Assembly (NCBI GenBank): GCA_043803815.1
Contig: JAZDJR010000028.1
Coordinates: 1-22,333, forward strand
Direction: 5' to 3'
Length of the DNA: 22,333 bases
DNA from: Candidatus Micrarchaeota archaeon
Lineage (GTDB): Archaea; Iainarchaeota; Iainarchaeia; Iainarchaeales; JAGVWC01
Positions 1 through 8,325 of the stretch are shown one piece after another; the stretch's first letter is position 1; each line of letters begins with the position of its first letter. Position numbers and translations under genes: made by a program. The notes beneath the pieces are model-generated. The model had not been told where the DNA came from. It searched no databases and saw nothing but the letters and a program-made list of their open reading frames with translations.

Positions 1-102
1 GCCGTTCTTGACCGAACGGTAACACCGTTTGGCAACTCAGCCAAAGCCGATGTGCCAGTGAAATATGTGGGAAAAAGAGCCTACGTGGTTATTTTGGGGT
101 AA
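1..102 (+). CDS. 3' end of DUF2080-like (putative transposon-encoded, AbrB-like) small protein; partial at window edge
   Basis: My translation of frame +1 (not in the ORF track) is AVLDRTVTPFGNSAKADVPVKYVGKRAYVVILG*, with TAA at 100-102. It matches the remembered DUF2080 pattern 'V.PFGNSAK.DVP..Y.GKR.YV.I'. Confidence 0.8.
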   Translation, partial: AVLDRTVTPFGNSAKADVPVKYVGKRAYVVILG

Positions 103-123
103 TGCCAACCCACCCCAAAATAA
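89..123. repeat. Perfect 12-bp inverted repeat (hairpin) with 11-nt spacer
   Basis: TTATTTTGGGGT (89-100), spacer AATGCCAACCC, then ACCCCAAAATAA (112-123). Confidence 0.9.
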
Positions 124-628
124 TCGTGCAACACAGCAAAAATTTTTCGTGGACGTCGGGGAAAAAGGATTGTACGCCGCCAAAGTAAAAGTGGTTGCGG
201 CTGAATCGGTTGGCCAGGTAAATGCCGCGAATCAGCAAGGCGGAAACACGTTTTGGGTGCTGAATGGCAAACACTAGTGCGAGCGTGCTTCCCCATGACC
301 CTCCGACAATAATCGCTTTTTGGAATCCGACAAAATCCATCAATTTTTCAATGTCTTTTACAAGAAGTTGCGTCGTATTATTTTTGGTTTCCGCAAGCGG
401 TTTGCTGTGATTGCTTCCGCGCTGGTCAAACAGCAATGCGTTAAATTTTTTGGGGTTGTAATAGTCGCGGTCTTTTTGCTGAAAACCCGCTCCTGGCCCT
501 CCGTGCAGGTGCACGACCGGAATTCCGTTCGGGTTTCCGACGAGTTCGTAATACAGTTCGTGCCCTTGCCCGACGAGAAAGTAACCTGTGCGGTACGGCT
601 TGTTTTTGGACTTGTATTTCAACGCCAT
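89..628 (-). pseudogene. pip: Proline iminopeptidase (alpha/beta hydrolase, peptidase S33), C-terminally truncated at 179 aa
   Basis: From ATG 628 (MALKYK): HELYYELVGNPNGIPVVHLHGGPG, LFDQRGS, NTTQLLVKDIEKL, nucleophile motif GGSWGSTLAL, LIRGIYL. The family is normally ~310 aa. The catalytic Asp/His half is missing and the last ~15 residues are unrelated read-through. Confidence 0.85.
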
Positions 629-724
629 GAAAAAATAGTTTTGCAATCGGTTTAATAGTATGAGTTTTCTTCGCTTTTTGACGTGAATGTATCTGTTTAA
701 AGATTTTTGCCGCGTTTTTTTTGT
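629..724. promoter_or_regulatory. Divergent archaeal promoter region (pip / mazG-like)
   Basis: TATTAAAC on the minus strand (650-657) lies ~22 nt before the pip ATG. TTTAAA (696-701) lies ~23 nt before ATG 725. The spacing is consistent with TATA boxes of near-leaderless transcripts. Confidence 0.5.
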
Positions 725-1132
725 ATGGAAAAGCTGGATAAAACCGTGAAATTGATTCGCAGGATTTATTCCAAAAACGGGTGCGTATTGCACCAAAAAG
801 TTTCCGTGAACGAGCATTTGAAGACACTGGAATCCGAAATTGAAGAATTGAAACAGGGTTTGTCCAAAAAGGACTGGCCGAATGTGCAGGAAGAGCTCGG
901 GGACATTTTGTGGGATGCAATTGCCTTATCCATTATTGCGGAAAAGGAAAACCTGACGACTTTTTCGCGGGTTTTAAAGCAATTGAACCGCAAAGTAGTT
1001 TTCCGCAATCCGCACGTATTTGGAAAGCGGAAAACCAGAAACGAGGAAATGGTGCGCGAAATCCGGGCCAAAGCAAAAGCGGATTATAAATTGTGGATGA
1101 AAAGGCATTTTCGGAAGAAAAAGAAAAAGTAA
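725..1132 (+). CDS. mazG: Single-domain MazG-family nucleotide pyrophosphohydrolase (135 aa)
   Basis: LESEIEELKQG...NVQEELGDILW...IAEKE...RKVVFRNPHVFG matches the MazG ExxE...EELGD and RHPHVF signatures. ATG 725 is preferred over TTG 707. Confidence 0.85.
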   Translation: MEKLDKTVKLIRRIYSKNGCVLHQKVSVNEHLKTLESEIEELKQGLSKKDWPNVQEELGDILWDAIALSIIAEKENLTTFSRVLKQLNRKVVFRNPHVFGKRKTRNEEMVREIRAKAKADYKLWMKRHFRKKKKK

Positions 1133-1144
1133 AAACCATTTTTT

Positions 1145-3229
1145 TTATCCGCCGCCGGGGTTTTCAATGCAGCGGTATCCAGTGGGCTTGGTTGCGTCTG
1201 CTACGCAGCCCATGTATTGGGTTCGGGAGCAGTGCAGGGGATAACAGGTCCATCCTGCGGTCCGGTCGGCGTCGGAGCAGTATTGGTCACTGGATGAACA
1301 GACCCGGCAGGACAAGGCGTCTTCTGTGCACGGGTCGCTGTCCGGAGAGCCCATGCAGGAGTGCAGGCTTTGCGTGGTGCAGGCTTCCGTGGGCTGTCCG
1401 GGATTTTCGCACACCTTTTGGGTGCATGCGGTTGTGGCGGTGCAGCGCGGAACGGAAACGCAGGTTGATTGGGAAGCGTTGCAGTAATGATAAGTGCAGG
1501 GAGTGTTTTGGCTGGCGCAGGCCTGGCTTTCCGGCGTGGCCGTGGTTTTGCAATAGCATGGTTCGCTGATGGAATCGCTTGGGCAGGTTTCGGTCGGGCT
1601 TGAAGTTTTGACGCAGGAACGCGTATAACAGTAATCGCTTGCTTGGCAAGCGGAAGCGGTTGCTTCGCAGCGGCACGAACCCGGTCCGCTTGGGCAGACG
1701 CATTCATAATTGTAACAGTTGTTGGAGCGCTCTGAGCAGGATGGACTGCATTCGTCTCCGGCGTCATCATCGTCTCCGCTGGAACCAGACCCATCGCCCA
1801 GGCAACCGTTTCCCGTGGGGTCGGGGCAGGGAATTTCCCTGAAAACGCGTTGGGTGTCGCCGGGAAGTGTTCCGCAGCCGGTTTGTCCCGTGCAATCGCA
1901 ATTCAGTTTGAGGGCAATGCGAAGCTGTAACTGGTTGGTTAAATAGCCGAATGATTCGGGCTTGAGGATGCGGCTTTTGGGGTCCTGGCATTTCACGGAA
2001 AAAAGCGCGGTTATTTCGGGGCGCGCGGTCACGTTTTCGTTTTTGTATTGGCCGGAAGGACAGGCTACCAGAATGTCGTCTCCAAGGGCTGGCAGTGCAG
2101 AATCAAAATTGGGTTGGATGGGGTTGCTGGTTGAATTGTCGGAGCCAAAAATCCATTCTGTTCTTGGGGAAGGAACAAGGCTGATGTCGTTGGGGCATTT
2201 CTTGTCCGGAATGATTCCTGATGCAAACCCGTTGTCGAATTCTTCGCTGCACAAAGGAACGGGGCATGCGTATTCCGGGGAAAGGCCTTCCATGTTGCAG
2301 TAGCGGAGTTCCTGGCAGGCCACGCTGCTCACGCATCGCTGTAATCGCTGGTAATCCCAGGTTTCCTTGGATGGGGGAACAAGCGAAACCGTGCATGAAA
2401 TGTTTGAATCGTCTTCGGCGAAGGAATCGTTGAGCCGTTGGACGCTTTTTTTGGCGGCTTCGGTGACCAAAAATTCGAGGGGAAACTGGCTCTTAATCAT
2501 TCCATCCGTAATCAACAATTTGTCCTGTCCAATCGGGGTTTCGCAGGTTGTCTTGGACAATTGGCACGGGGAAAAACCGAGCCAGTTGCACGAGGTTTGG
2601 GAAAATTCTCCGGCATCGTTGTTCATCCATGCCGCGAGTTTTTTGTAAAAATACCATATGCGGTAATCGAGGGAATAGTCCCCGCTTAAGTCCACGGTTT
2701 TCACGGTGTCGCCGTTGGAATATTTCACAAAAAGGTTTTGGACGCGGACAACCGCGTTTTGGTTGGGCAGGTTTTGTTTCAAAAAGTCCACGTTGTGGAT
2801 TTGGGGATTGATAGCGGGGCTGGTTTCGATTCCTTCAAGATGCAGTTTTGCGCTCCAGCCGTTTTCCACTCGGATGTCGCGTTCGCGCCCCAGTTCATCC
2901 AAAAAAACCAGTATTTGGTTGTGGAAAAAGATTTCGCTGGAATCCTGGATTTCTTGCACGTCGGGCGGCAGGGACTTGTTGCAGTACCAGCAGTCCGTCA
3001 CATTGCTGTCGCCGTTTCGCATCAATTGGTCGATTCCCAAAACAATGCCTTTTTCAAGCGAAAAACCGAATTCGTTGCGGATGTCCGCGATTCCGCCTTC
3101 CGTGGGCCGGTAAACCGGGGAAAAAAAAGCGGTTGCAACAAGGACTGTTACGAGTACGACCGCGACTGTCAAAAGCAGTGCGGGCATGTTTCCTTTTTTG
3201 TTGGTTGCCAAGAATCCGCCTCGTACCAT
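1145..3229 (-). CDS. Large pilin-like surface protein with class III signal peptide and Cys-rich C-terminal repeats (putative adhesin)
   Basis: NKKG|NMPALLLTVAVVLVTVLVATAFF gives a basic leader + G + hydrophobic helix. An acidic Gly/Ser linker GDGSGSSGDDDDAGD precedes ~200 aa densely packed with Cys. Alternative start TTG 3211 has GAGGCGG upstream. Confidence 0.75.
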   Translation of the reverse strand: MVRGGFLATNKKGNMPALLLTVAVVLVTVLVATAFFSPVYRPTEGGIADIRNEFGFSLEKGIVLGIDQLMRNGDSNVTDCWYCNKSLPPDVQEIQDSSEIFFHNQILVFLDELGRERDIRVENGWSAKLHLEGIETSPAINPQIHNVDFLKQNLPNQNAVVRVQNLFVKYSNGDTVKTVDLSGDYSLDYRIWYFYKKLAAWMNNDAGEFSQTSCNWLGFSPCQLSKTTCETPIGQDKLLITDGMIKSQFPLEFLVTEAAKKSVQRLNDSFAEDDSNISCTVSLVPPSKETWDYQRLQRCVSSVACQELRYCNMEGLSPEYACPVPLCSEEFDNGFASGIIPDKKCPNDISLVPSPRTEWIFGSDNSTSNPIQPNFDSALPALGDDILVACPSGQYKNENVTARPEITALFSVKCQDPKSRILKPESFGYLTNQLQLRIALKLNCDCTGQTGCGTLPGDTQRVFREIPCPDPTGNGCLGDGSGSSGDDDDAGDECSPSCSERSNNCYNYECVCPSGPGSCRCEATASACQASDYCYTRSCVKTSSPTETCPSDSISEPCYCKTTATPESQACASQNTPCTYHYCNASQSTCVSVPRCTATTACTQKVCENPGQPTEACTTQSLHSCMGSPDSDPCTEDALSCRVCSSSDQYCSDADRTAGWTCYPLHCSRTQYMGCVADATKPTGYRCIENPGGG

Positions 3230-3293
3230 TTATTTTCATTCGTGTTTTTATGGGTTTGTTTCAAAACCCTTTTTCAATTGCAAAAACTTTTTT

Positions 3294-6152
3294 TTAGCAG
3301 CCCGTAAAATTCCTGATGTGCTCGGGTTCCGTTGCTCCCATGGCGCTTGGCTGGGTGTGGTTTTTGGAATCGTATTTTTTGCTTTGGATGCTTCCTCCCG
3401 TGTAGCTGTGCGGCAGGTGGAATGCGCCGCTCATGGCGGATGCGCAGGTGCACGAACCAGGAATTTCCATTCCGGGTTGGCACGTGTCGCCGTAAAATTC
3501 CGAATTGGGGACACAGTCCAGGTCGTGCCATTGGTTGACGCAGCCGCCTGGCGTGTCGTTGTTTTCGCTTATCCAGGCTGCTTCGCTGTAATCCTCGCAC
3601 AAGCCGTACGTGTGCCCGAGTTCGTGCACGGAAATAAACGGATAGTACGTGGTGGAGGGATTGAGTGGCAAAAAAATCTGCGTTGCTTCGGTATCGCCGT
3701 ACATGTATGTGTACCCGACTCCGCCCATCAATGATTGCGTGCTGATTCCCACGTTTCTCTGCTGGTTGGTCCAGGAAATGGACGGGTTTGCAATGGTCGC
3801 GACTGCCTTGGCTTTTATTCCGGAAAGGCTTTCCGGCAAGGCGGGGTCGAATTGGTCCGCGCTGAGTGTGGCGCACAAAATCTTGTCGGCTTGGCAGGGC
3901 ATGCTGGCTTTGATTTGCTGGCATTCCGCGTTTGCGGCGTCTAAATAATCCTGGTAAGTGGCATCCCATTCAAAGGGGATGAAATTGTATTGGAGCGTGG
4001 GAATGCATTTTTCGCCGACGCAGTAATCGTCCAGGATTGCACTGCTGTTTTCGCCTTCCTCGTCGGTTACTGTCAGGGTAATGGTGTAATAGGTTTTTTG
4101 TTCTGTTCCGGAAGTATCGGGAAGGTCAATCGAAAAATTGGTGTCCGCCTTGTGGCCGCTGTCATCGGCATAGTCCGGCGTGGTTGCGTCCCTTGGAACA
4201 ATGTCCCATTCGTAATACAGTTGTTCCCCGAAAACCGGGTCGCTGGAATTGGGGTCCGTGCTGTCGCGTCCGTCCGCTATGACCGTGCAGGTGGCAGGGG
4301 AGCCTGCGGACATCGTGCTGCAGTACGGCATGGGGTATACCAATAGTTTGGCTTCGGGTGCAAAGTTGAGTTTTTCGATTTCGGATTCGGCTTTTTCAAT
4401 GGTGTGCGGAGAACGGTTCTTGTACAGCCATAAGCGCGCCGTGGTAAGCCTTCCGTTGCTTAATGGAAGCAGGGTTTCGGTCACGAATCGTTCCTCGTTT
4501 TGTTTTATGGAACCTATTCGAAAATCGATTTTTACCACGTTTATGACAAGGTTTCGCAGTTCCTGCTGGAAAGTATTGACGTCAAAATTGCCGGTCAGGT
4601 TAACCATTTTGCCGCTCGAGTTGGCGCTGGATTTGGCCAATAATTCCATTTGTTGCTGCAAATCGTTGATGCCGTCCTGTGCGTACGAATTGGAGTCGAT
4701 GGTAAATGCTTCGTCGCACGAATTGCGGACGCAGGCCTCGGTTTTTCCGGGGTTTGCTTGGCAGGCCGAACAGCAGGCGCCGTTGAATGAAGAGCCGCAG
4801 TTTGTGGATTGTTCGCAGCAGGGTGCGTGCGTGCCGGATAAGGGGCTGCAATAGGAATAGTTCCAGCATTGGTAGCCCCATTCTGGGCTGTTTGGATCCG
4901 AACAAACTTCTAAACTTGGATTACTGGTGGATGGGTAGCAGGGGTCTGTTTGGATGGGAAAAATGTAAAAGTCCGGGCGTTCCAGGTCTTTAATGATTCG
5001 TGCCGCGTTTTCCACGGTTTGCGCGCTGCGCTGGCTTCCGCAGGAATAGTCCGGGTTTGGGGGCCCGGTTTTTTGTCCGCATACTTCGCAGTAGTTCTTG
5101 TAGTTTTTGCATCGCGTGCAGTAGCTGGTTTTGCCGAGTTTTTCGCAGAGATAACAGTCCATGACCTTGGTGTAATTGGGGTTGGATGTGTACATGGAAT
5201 AGTTGCCGCATAGTTCCGGGCTTGTGCTGTAGGATTGGCATTCGGGTTTAATGCTTGAGCAGTAGGGCATGGTTTCGGTTTCTCCGGGCGGAAGGATTTG
5301 GTATATGGGGCTGTTGCAGCATGCGCTGGAATACAATTTTTCGCAGTATGAATAATCGGGCTTGTTGCAGGAATCGGGTTCGCTTCCCGTGGACAATTCG
5401 TCGCTGATGGGAAAGAAAAAAGTTATCGCTTTTTCAAGCGGGCTGTTGTCCATTTCAATGGCCTTGAATGCGGTTGCCGATGCCCAGTCTTCGTAGGACT
5501 TGATGGGAAGGTTGCGGACGCTTTCGAATTTATAATCCGCGTATACGTTTTGCATTTCAAGTTCGAGGCAATTGATGTGGATTGCTTCGCCGTTGACCAT
5601 GACGGTCCAGTCAAAGCTTTGGCAGTCGAATGCCACGGGGTCGGTGCTTTCGTTGCTTTTTAGTATGAATATTTGGGGTGGTTCGATTTCGATTCCTGTT
5701 CCTTCAAAGCTTTCCATGAGCGGCGGAAGCGTGGTGTGCAGGCTTTCCAAATCGTCTTTGAGGCTTTTGGAGCCGTCCACCAAAAAAATCATGCGCACGT
5801 CGGTTCCTTTGGGTTCGACTTGAAAAAAATAGTTTTCTTTTCCGTATACCGCGTCAAACGCGTTTTCAACGGTTTTTTTCACGTTGACCTGGACAAAGCC
5901 CGTGGTCATCGACGGGTTTTTGTAATAAATGTAGTGGCCGATGAGTTCGCTTAGCGGCATGTTGGAAACGGGTTCCGTGGTTTTGAGTATTCCCACAAGG
6001 TTTTCGGATAATTGGTGGCTGTAAAAAACCGTTTGGCTGGCTTTTGCCTGCTGTTCGAATTGGTTCGCCTGGTTGAAGGTGAGGATGAAATAGGCGGCCA
6101 CGACCAGCGTAATAATCAGGATAAATCCGACAATGTTTTCAAATACGCTCAT
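3294..6152 (-). CDS. 952-aa multidomain surface protein: pilin-like N-terminal helix, vWA domain with Cys-rich insertions, PKD/Ig-like domain, C-terminal zinc metallopeptidase
   Basis: N-terminus MSVFENIVGFILIITLVVAAYFIL. MIDAS-type IFLVDGSKS (aa 126-130) and FFPISDE. PKD-like ADGRDSTDP...LYYEWD...YTITLTVTDEEG. Zincin motif HELGHTYGLCEDY (aa 843 onward) followed by a possible Met-turn SAMS. Confidence 0.8.
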   Translation of the reverse strand: MSVFENIVGFILIITLVVAAYFILTFNQANQFEQQAKASQTVFYSHQLSENLVGILKTTEPVSNMPLSELIGHYIYYKNPSMTTGFVQVNVKKTVENAFDAVYGKENYFFQVEPKGTDVRMIFLVDGSKSLKDDLESLHTTLPPLMESFEGTGIEIEPPQIFILKSNESTDPVAFDCQSFDWTVMVNGEAIHINCLELEMQNVYADYKFESVRNLPIKSYEDWASATAFKAIEMDNSPLEKAITFFFPISDELSTGSEPDSCNKPDYSYCEKLYSSACCNSPIYQILPPGETETMPYCSSIKPECQSYSTSPELCGNYSMYTSNPNYTKVMDCYLCEKLGKTSYCTRCKNYKNYCEVCGQKTGPPNPDYSCGSQRSAQTVENAARIIKDLERPDFYIFPIQTDPCYPSTSNPSLEVCSDPNSPEWGYQCWNYSYCSPLSGTHAPCCEQSTNCGSSFNGACCSACQANPGKTEACVRNSCDEAFTIDSNSYAQDGINDLQQQMELLAKSSANSSGKMVNLTGNFDVNTFQQELRNLVINVVKIDFRIGSIKQNEERFVTETLLPLSNGRLTTARLWLYKNRSPHTIEKAESEIEKLNFAPEAKLLVYPMPYCSTMSAGSPATCTVIADGRDSTDPNSSDPVFGEQLYYEWDIVPRDATTPDYADDSGHKADTNFSIDLPDTSGTEQKTYYTITLTVTDEEGENSSAILDDYCVGEKCIPTLQYNFIPFEWDATYQDYLDAANAECQQIKASMPCQADKILCATLSADQFDPALPESLSGIKAKAVATIANPSISWTNQQRNVGISTQSLMGGVGYTYMYGDTEATQIFLPLNPSTTYYPFISVHELGHTYGLCEDYSEAAWISENNDTPGGCVNQWHDLDCVPNSEFYGDTCQPGMEIPGSCTCASAMSGAFHLPHSYTGGSIQSKKYDSKNHTQPSAMGATEPEHIRNFTGC

Positions 6153-6158
6153 TTTTTT

Positions 6159-7109
6159 TCACTCTTTTTTTGCCCGGGCTAAAAAAACCCATAATGCGAC
6201 AATTATGACAAGGGCTATAATGGAAACCAGCCATACCGGGTTGAATTCGGCTTTGTTTTGGGGTTGCGGCTGGCTTGAAGCGGGAGTATTTTTAATTGTG
6301 CAGTCCGCGGGGCATTTCTGTACGTTTTCGTTTGGTTCGCAGATGCCGTTTTGGTTGCAAACCGGTTGGCAGTCCGCGTCCTGCTCCGAAGAGCAGTCGG
6401 GGTCGCAGCGCAAGTCGCGGACCTTGTCGCAGATTCCGTCCGCTTGGCCCGTGCAGTCGCTTCGGCAGGTTTCAATGTTCTCATCGGCTTCGCACCGGTT
6501 GTTTCCGCAGTTTTGGAATTTTAGTTCGCGGCAGTCCCAGTCCGCGCTTGGCGAGCAGTCCGGGTCGCAGATGCCGTCCGTTGCCTTGTTGCAGTAGCCG
6601 TCGGGTTTTGCCGGGTCGCAGTCGTTTGGGCAGGACAAGGCGGTTTCTGTGGCGTCGCAGTTTGAATCGTTGTCGCAGGCCTTGTTTTTTATTGCAAACC
6701 TGCCGATTTCCTTGGAGTCGTGAAGCGCAACCAAGAAAGCCGCGTTTTCAGAGAATGGCAAAAGCGTGTACAATGTTCGTTCGTTTTGCCCGAGAATTTC
6801 CGTGTTTTCCAAATTGTCCGTAATCAGGTTGAATGTTATAATATATTTGGTTTCGCTGAGGGTTTGGTTGCCGGAGTCCAAAACGCGGATGGAATAATTT
6901 CCGTTGGCAAGCGACTGGTCGGGCGTTCCTTCGATGACGCGGATTCCTTCCAATCGCACGGAGTCCGGGTTTTTTACGAAAACCGTGTTGGCTTCAAAAA
7001 CAAGGGCTTGGGCCGGGACAAGCAGGGTTAAAAGCGCGGTTGCAATCAGGAAAAAGCCGGGTGGGTGCCGGAATTTTTTTTGTCCAACCGATTTCATGTT
7101 TTTGGTCAT
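6159..7109 (-). CDS. Secreted, C-terminally membrane-anchored protein with Cys-rich repeats (316 aa)
   Basis: Sec-type signal FFLIATALLTLLVPAQA|L. Three CxxxxxCxxxExxxxCxxDC repeats (CDNDSNCDATETALSCPNDC, CGNNRCEADENIETCRSDC, CNQNGICEPNENVQKCPADC) alternate with two DGxC...CDPDC...DxDC repeats. C-terminal TM WLVSIIALVIIVALWVFLA followed by RAKKE. Confidence 0.8.
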   Translation of the reverse strand: MTKNMKSVGQKKFRHPPGFFLIATALLTLLVPAQALVFEANTVFVKNPDSVRLEGIRVIEGTPDQSLANGNYSIRVLDSGNQTLSETKYIITFNLITDNLENTEILGQNERTLYTLLPFSENAAFLVALHDSKEIGRFAIKNKACDNDSNCDATETALSCPNDCDPAKPDGYCNKATDGICDPDCSPSADWDCRELKFQNCGNNRCEADENIETCRSDCTGQADGICDKVRDLRCDPDCSSEQDADCQPVCNQNGICEPNENVQKCPADCTIKNTPASSQPQPQNKAEFNPVWLVSIIALVIIVALWVFLARAKKE

Positions 7110-7187
7110 GTATCTATATTCCTTCCGGCAACGGGTCTGTTTTTTTTATTTCAGTTTTATTATTCTGTTACTTTCTTTTATCCTTTC

Positions 7188-7928
7188 CTATGGGGAAGTT
7201 GACGGTTGCAAAACGCAGTTGGTGGTGTCTATGCGGCAGCTTGTTTTGCACAAAAGCGTTCCGCCGGCATAGCGCGAAGAATCATAATCCGTGCATTGGT
7301 TCGAGTATTCGGGCAGCCCAAAATCGGTTGTGTCGCATTCTTCACGGCTGTTTTTGGTTTGGTCTCCGCAGTCCGCTTCCGAATCGTCTTCGGCGGAAGA
7401 ACAGCCAAAGTCCCCTGCGCCGGGTTCCGCGGAATAATCGATTTTTCCGTCCCGGTCATTGTCCACAAAATCGCGGCATTCGGGCACATAGTCCGCCGGG
7501 TTTTGGGCTTTTTTTCCGGAAAAGCAAAGCGATAATTCGGTCAGGCAGCGCGAGCCGTTCCGGTCCTGGGTGATGAGAAACGCGAGTTTTTTCGTGCATT
7601 CCTGCGTGTTCCCGATGGATTGCACAAGGGCGTTGCAGTTGAAGAATTCGAGTTGGCGGATTTCAAAGCCGGAAAGGGACGGTACTTTGTTTAGGCAGTT
7701 GTGGTCAGTGCTTTCTTTTTGGATTCTTGTTTGCGTAAAAGGCCCCATGCAGTTCAAAAGGGAATCCTTGTCGTCTACGGAATCGTGGAACGGTTCGATT
7801 TCTTCCGCCAAAAGGGATTCCCTGGCCGCAACCTGGAAATTGGTGTATACGAGCGTCATGATTGCGGCGACAACGATTACAATGAGCATGAATGCGCTTA
7901 CAATGGAATAGACCCCCTTATGATTCAC
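7188..7928 (-). CDS. Pilin-like protein with class III signal peptide and C-terminal Ca-binding-like / Cys-rich modules (246 aa)
   Basis: MNHKG|VYSIVSAFMLIVIVVAAIMTLVY. DxDxDG loop in ECRDFVDNDRDGKIDY...DFGC. CGD...EECD...GGTLLCKTSCRIDTTNC module. 14 Cys. Confidence 0.75.
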   Translation of the reverse strand: MNHKGVYSIVSAFMLIVIVVAAIMTLVYTNFQVAARESLLAEEIEPFHDSVDDKDSLLNCMGPFTQTRIQKESTDHNCLNKVPSLSGFEIRQLEFFNCNALVQSIGNTQECTKKLAFLITQDRNGSRCLTELSLCFSGKKAQNPADYVPECRDFVDNDRDGKIDYSAEPGAGDFGCSSAEDDSEADCGDQTKNSREECDTTDFGLPEYSNQCTDYDSSRYAGGTLLCKTSCRIDTTNCVLQPSTSP

Positions 7929-8325
7929 GGATTGTCACGGCTCCGTTTTGGGCTTCAATCAGTAAGCGCGAGTGCTCGTTGATTGCAATCGGCCGGTTGG
8001 CGTTCAAAAGTTTTTCGGCGCAATTGGTTTTTTTGCATTTTTTGAATTCGGCTCCGGTTTGGCAGTTGACGCACAGGCACAGTTCTCCCGAATTCCAGTT
8101 CAAATCGCCGCTTGTCAGGGAAAGATTGTAGGGGGAATGGTATTCCCTGGATAGGCAGGCTTCGTTGACGCGCGAACCGATTTCCTGCAGGTCGGTCTGC
8201 ATCTGCTGGACAATGCTGGAACCGGCGAAAAAGTTTTGCAGGTACCAGAACAATAGGATTCCGGTGGCAAGGACGATGCCGACCCACATGATGATTTCGA
8301 TGCTGGAACTAGCCCGTGCAGGCAA
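7918..8325 (-). CDS. Pilin-like protein with class III signal peptide (135 aa)
   Basis: TTG start. MPARA|SSSIEIIMWVGIVLATGILLFW gives RA cleavage with Glu at +5. 6 Cys. Overlaps both neighbours. Confidence 0.75.
   Translation of the reverse strand: MPARASSSIEIIMWVGIVLATGILLFWYLQNFFAGSSIVQQMQTDLQEIGSRVNEACLSREYHSPYNLSLTSGDLNWNSGELCLCVNCQTGAEFKKCKKTNCAEKLLNANRPIAINEHSRLLIEAQNGAVTIRES

Larger units (their letters stand above)
1..138. mobile_element. Right end of a putative IS-like element inserted into the proline iminopeptidase gene
   Basis: Contains a DUF2080-like ORF. Pip-like sequence stops abruptly after ...FFPDVHEKFL. The junction reads (T)GCTGTGTTGCACG inward on the minus strand, resembling IS6-type GGxxxTGTTGC termini, and abuts the palindrome AAAAATTTTT (138-147). 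No transposase is in the window. Confidence 0.55.

Noticed and set aside
1-140. Simple frameshift continuing pip
   Set aside because: I saw no pip-like continuation on the minus strand, whereas the plus strand encodes a recognisable DUF2080-like C-terminus.
629-817. 63-aa N-terminal extension of pip in the ORF track
   Set aside because: It overlaps the divergent mazG-like gene and promoter. Family similarity begins after ATG 628.
6290-6680. Repeated GCAGTC/GGGTCGCAG nucleotide motifs as CRISPR or DGR repeats
   Set aside because: They are explained by Cys-Asp codons in protein repeats. There is no constant repeat-spacer period, no adenine-specific TR/VR pair was noticed, and there is no reverse transcriptase or cas gene.
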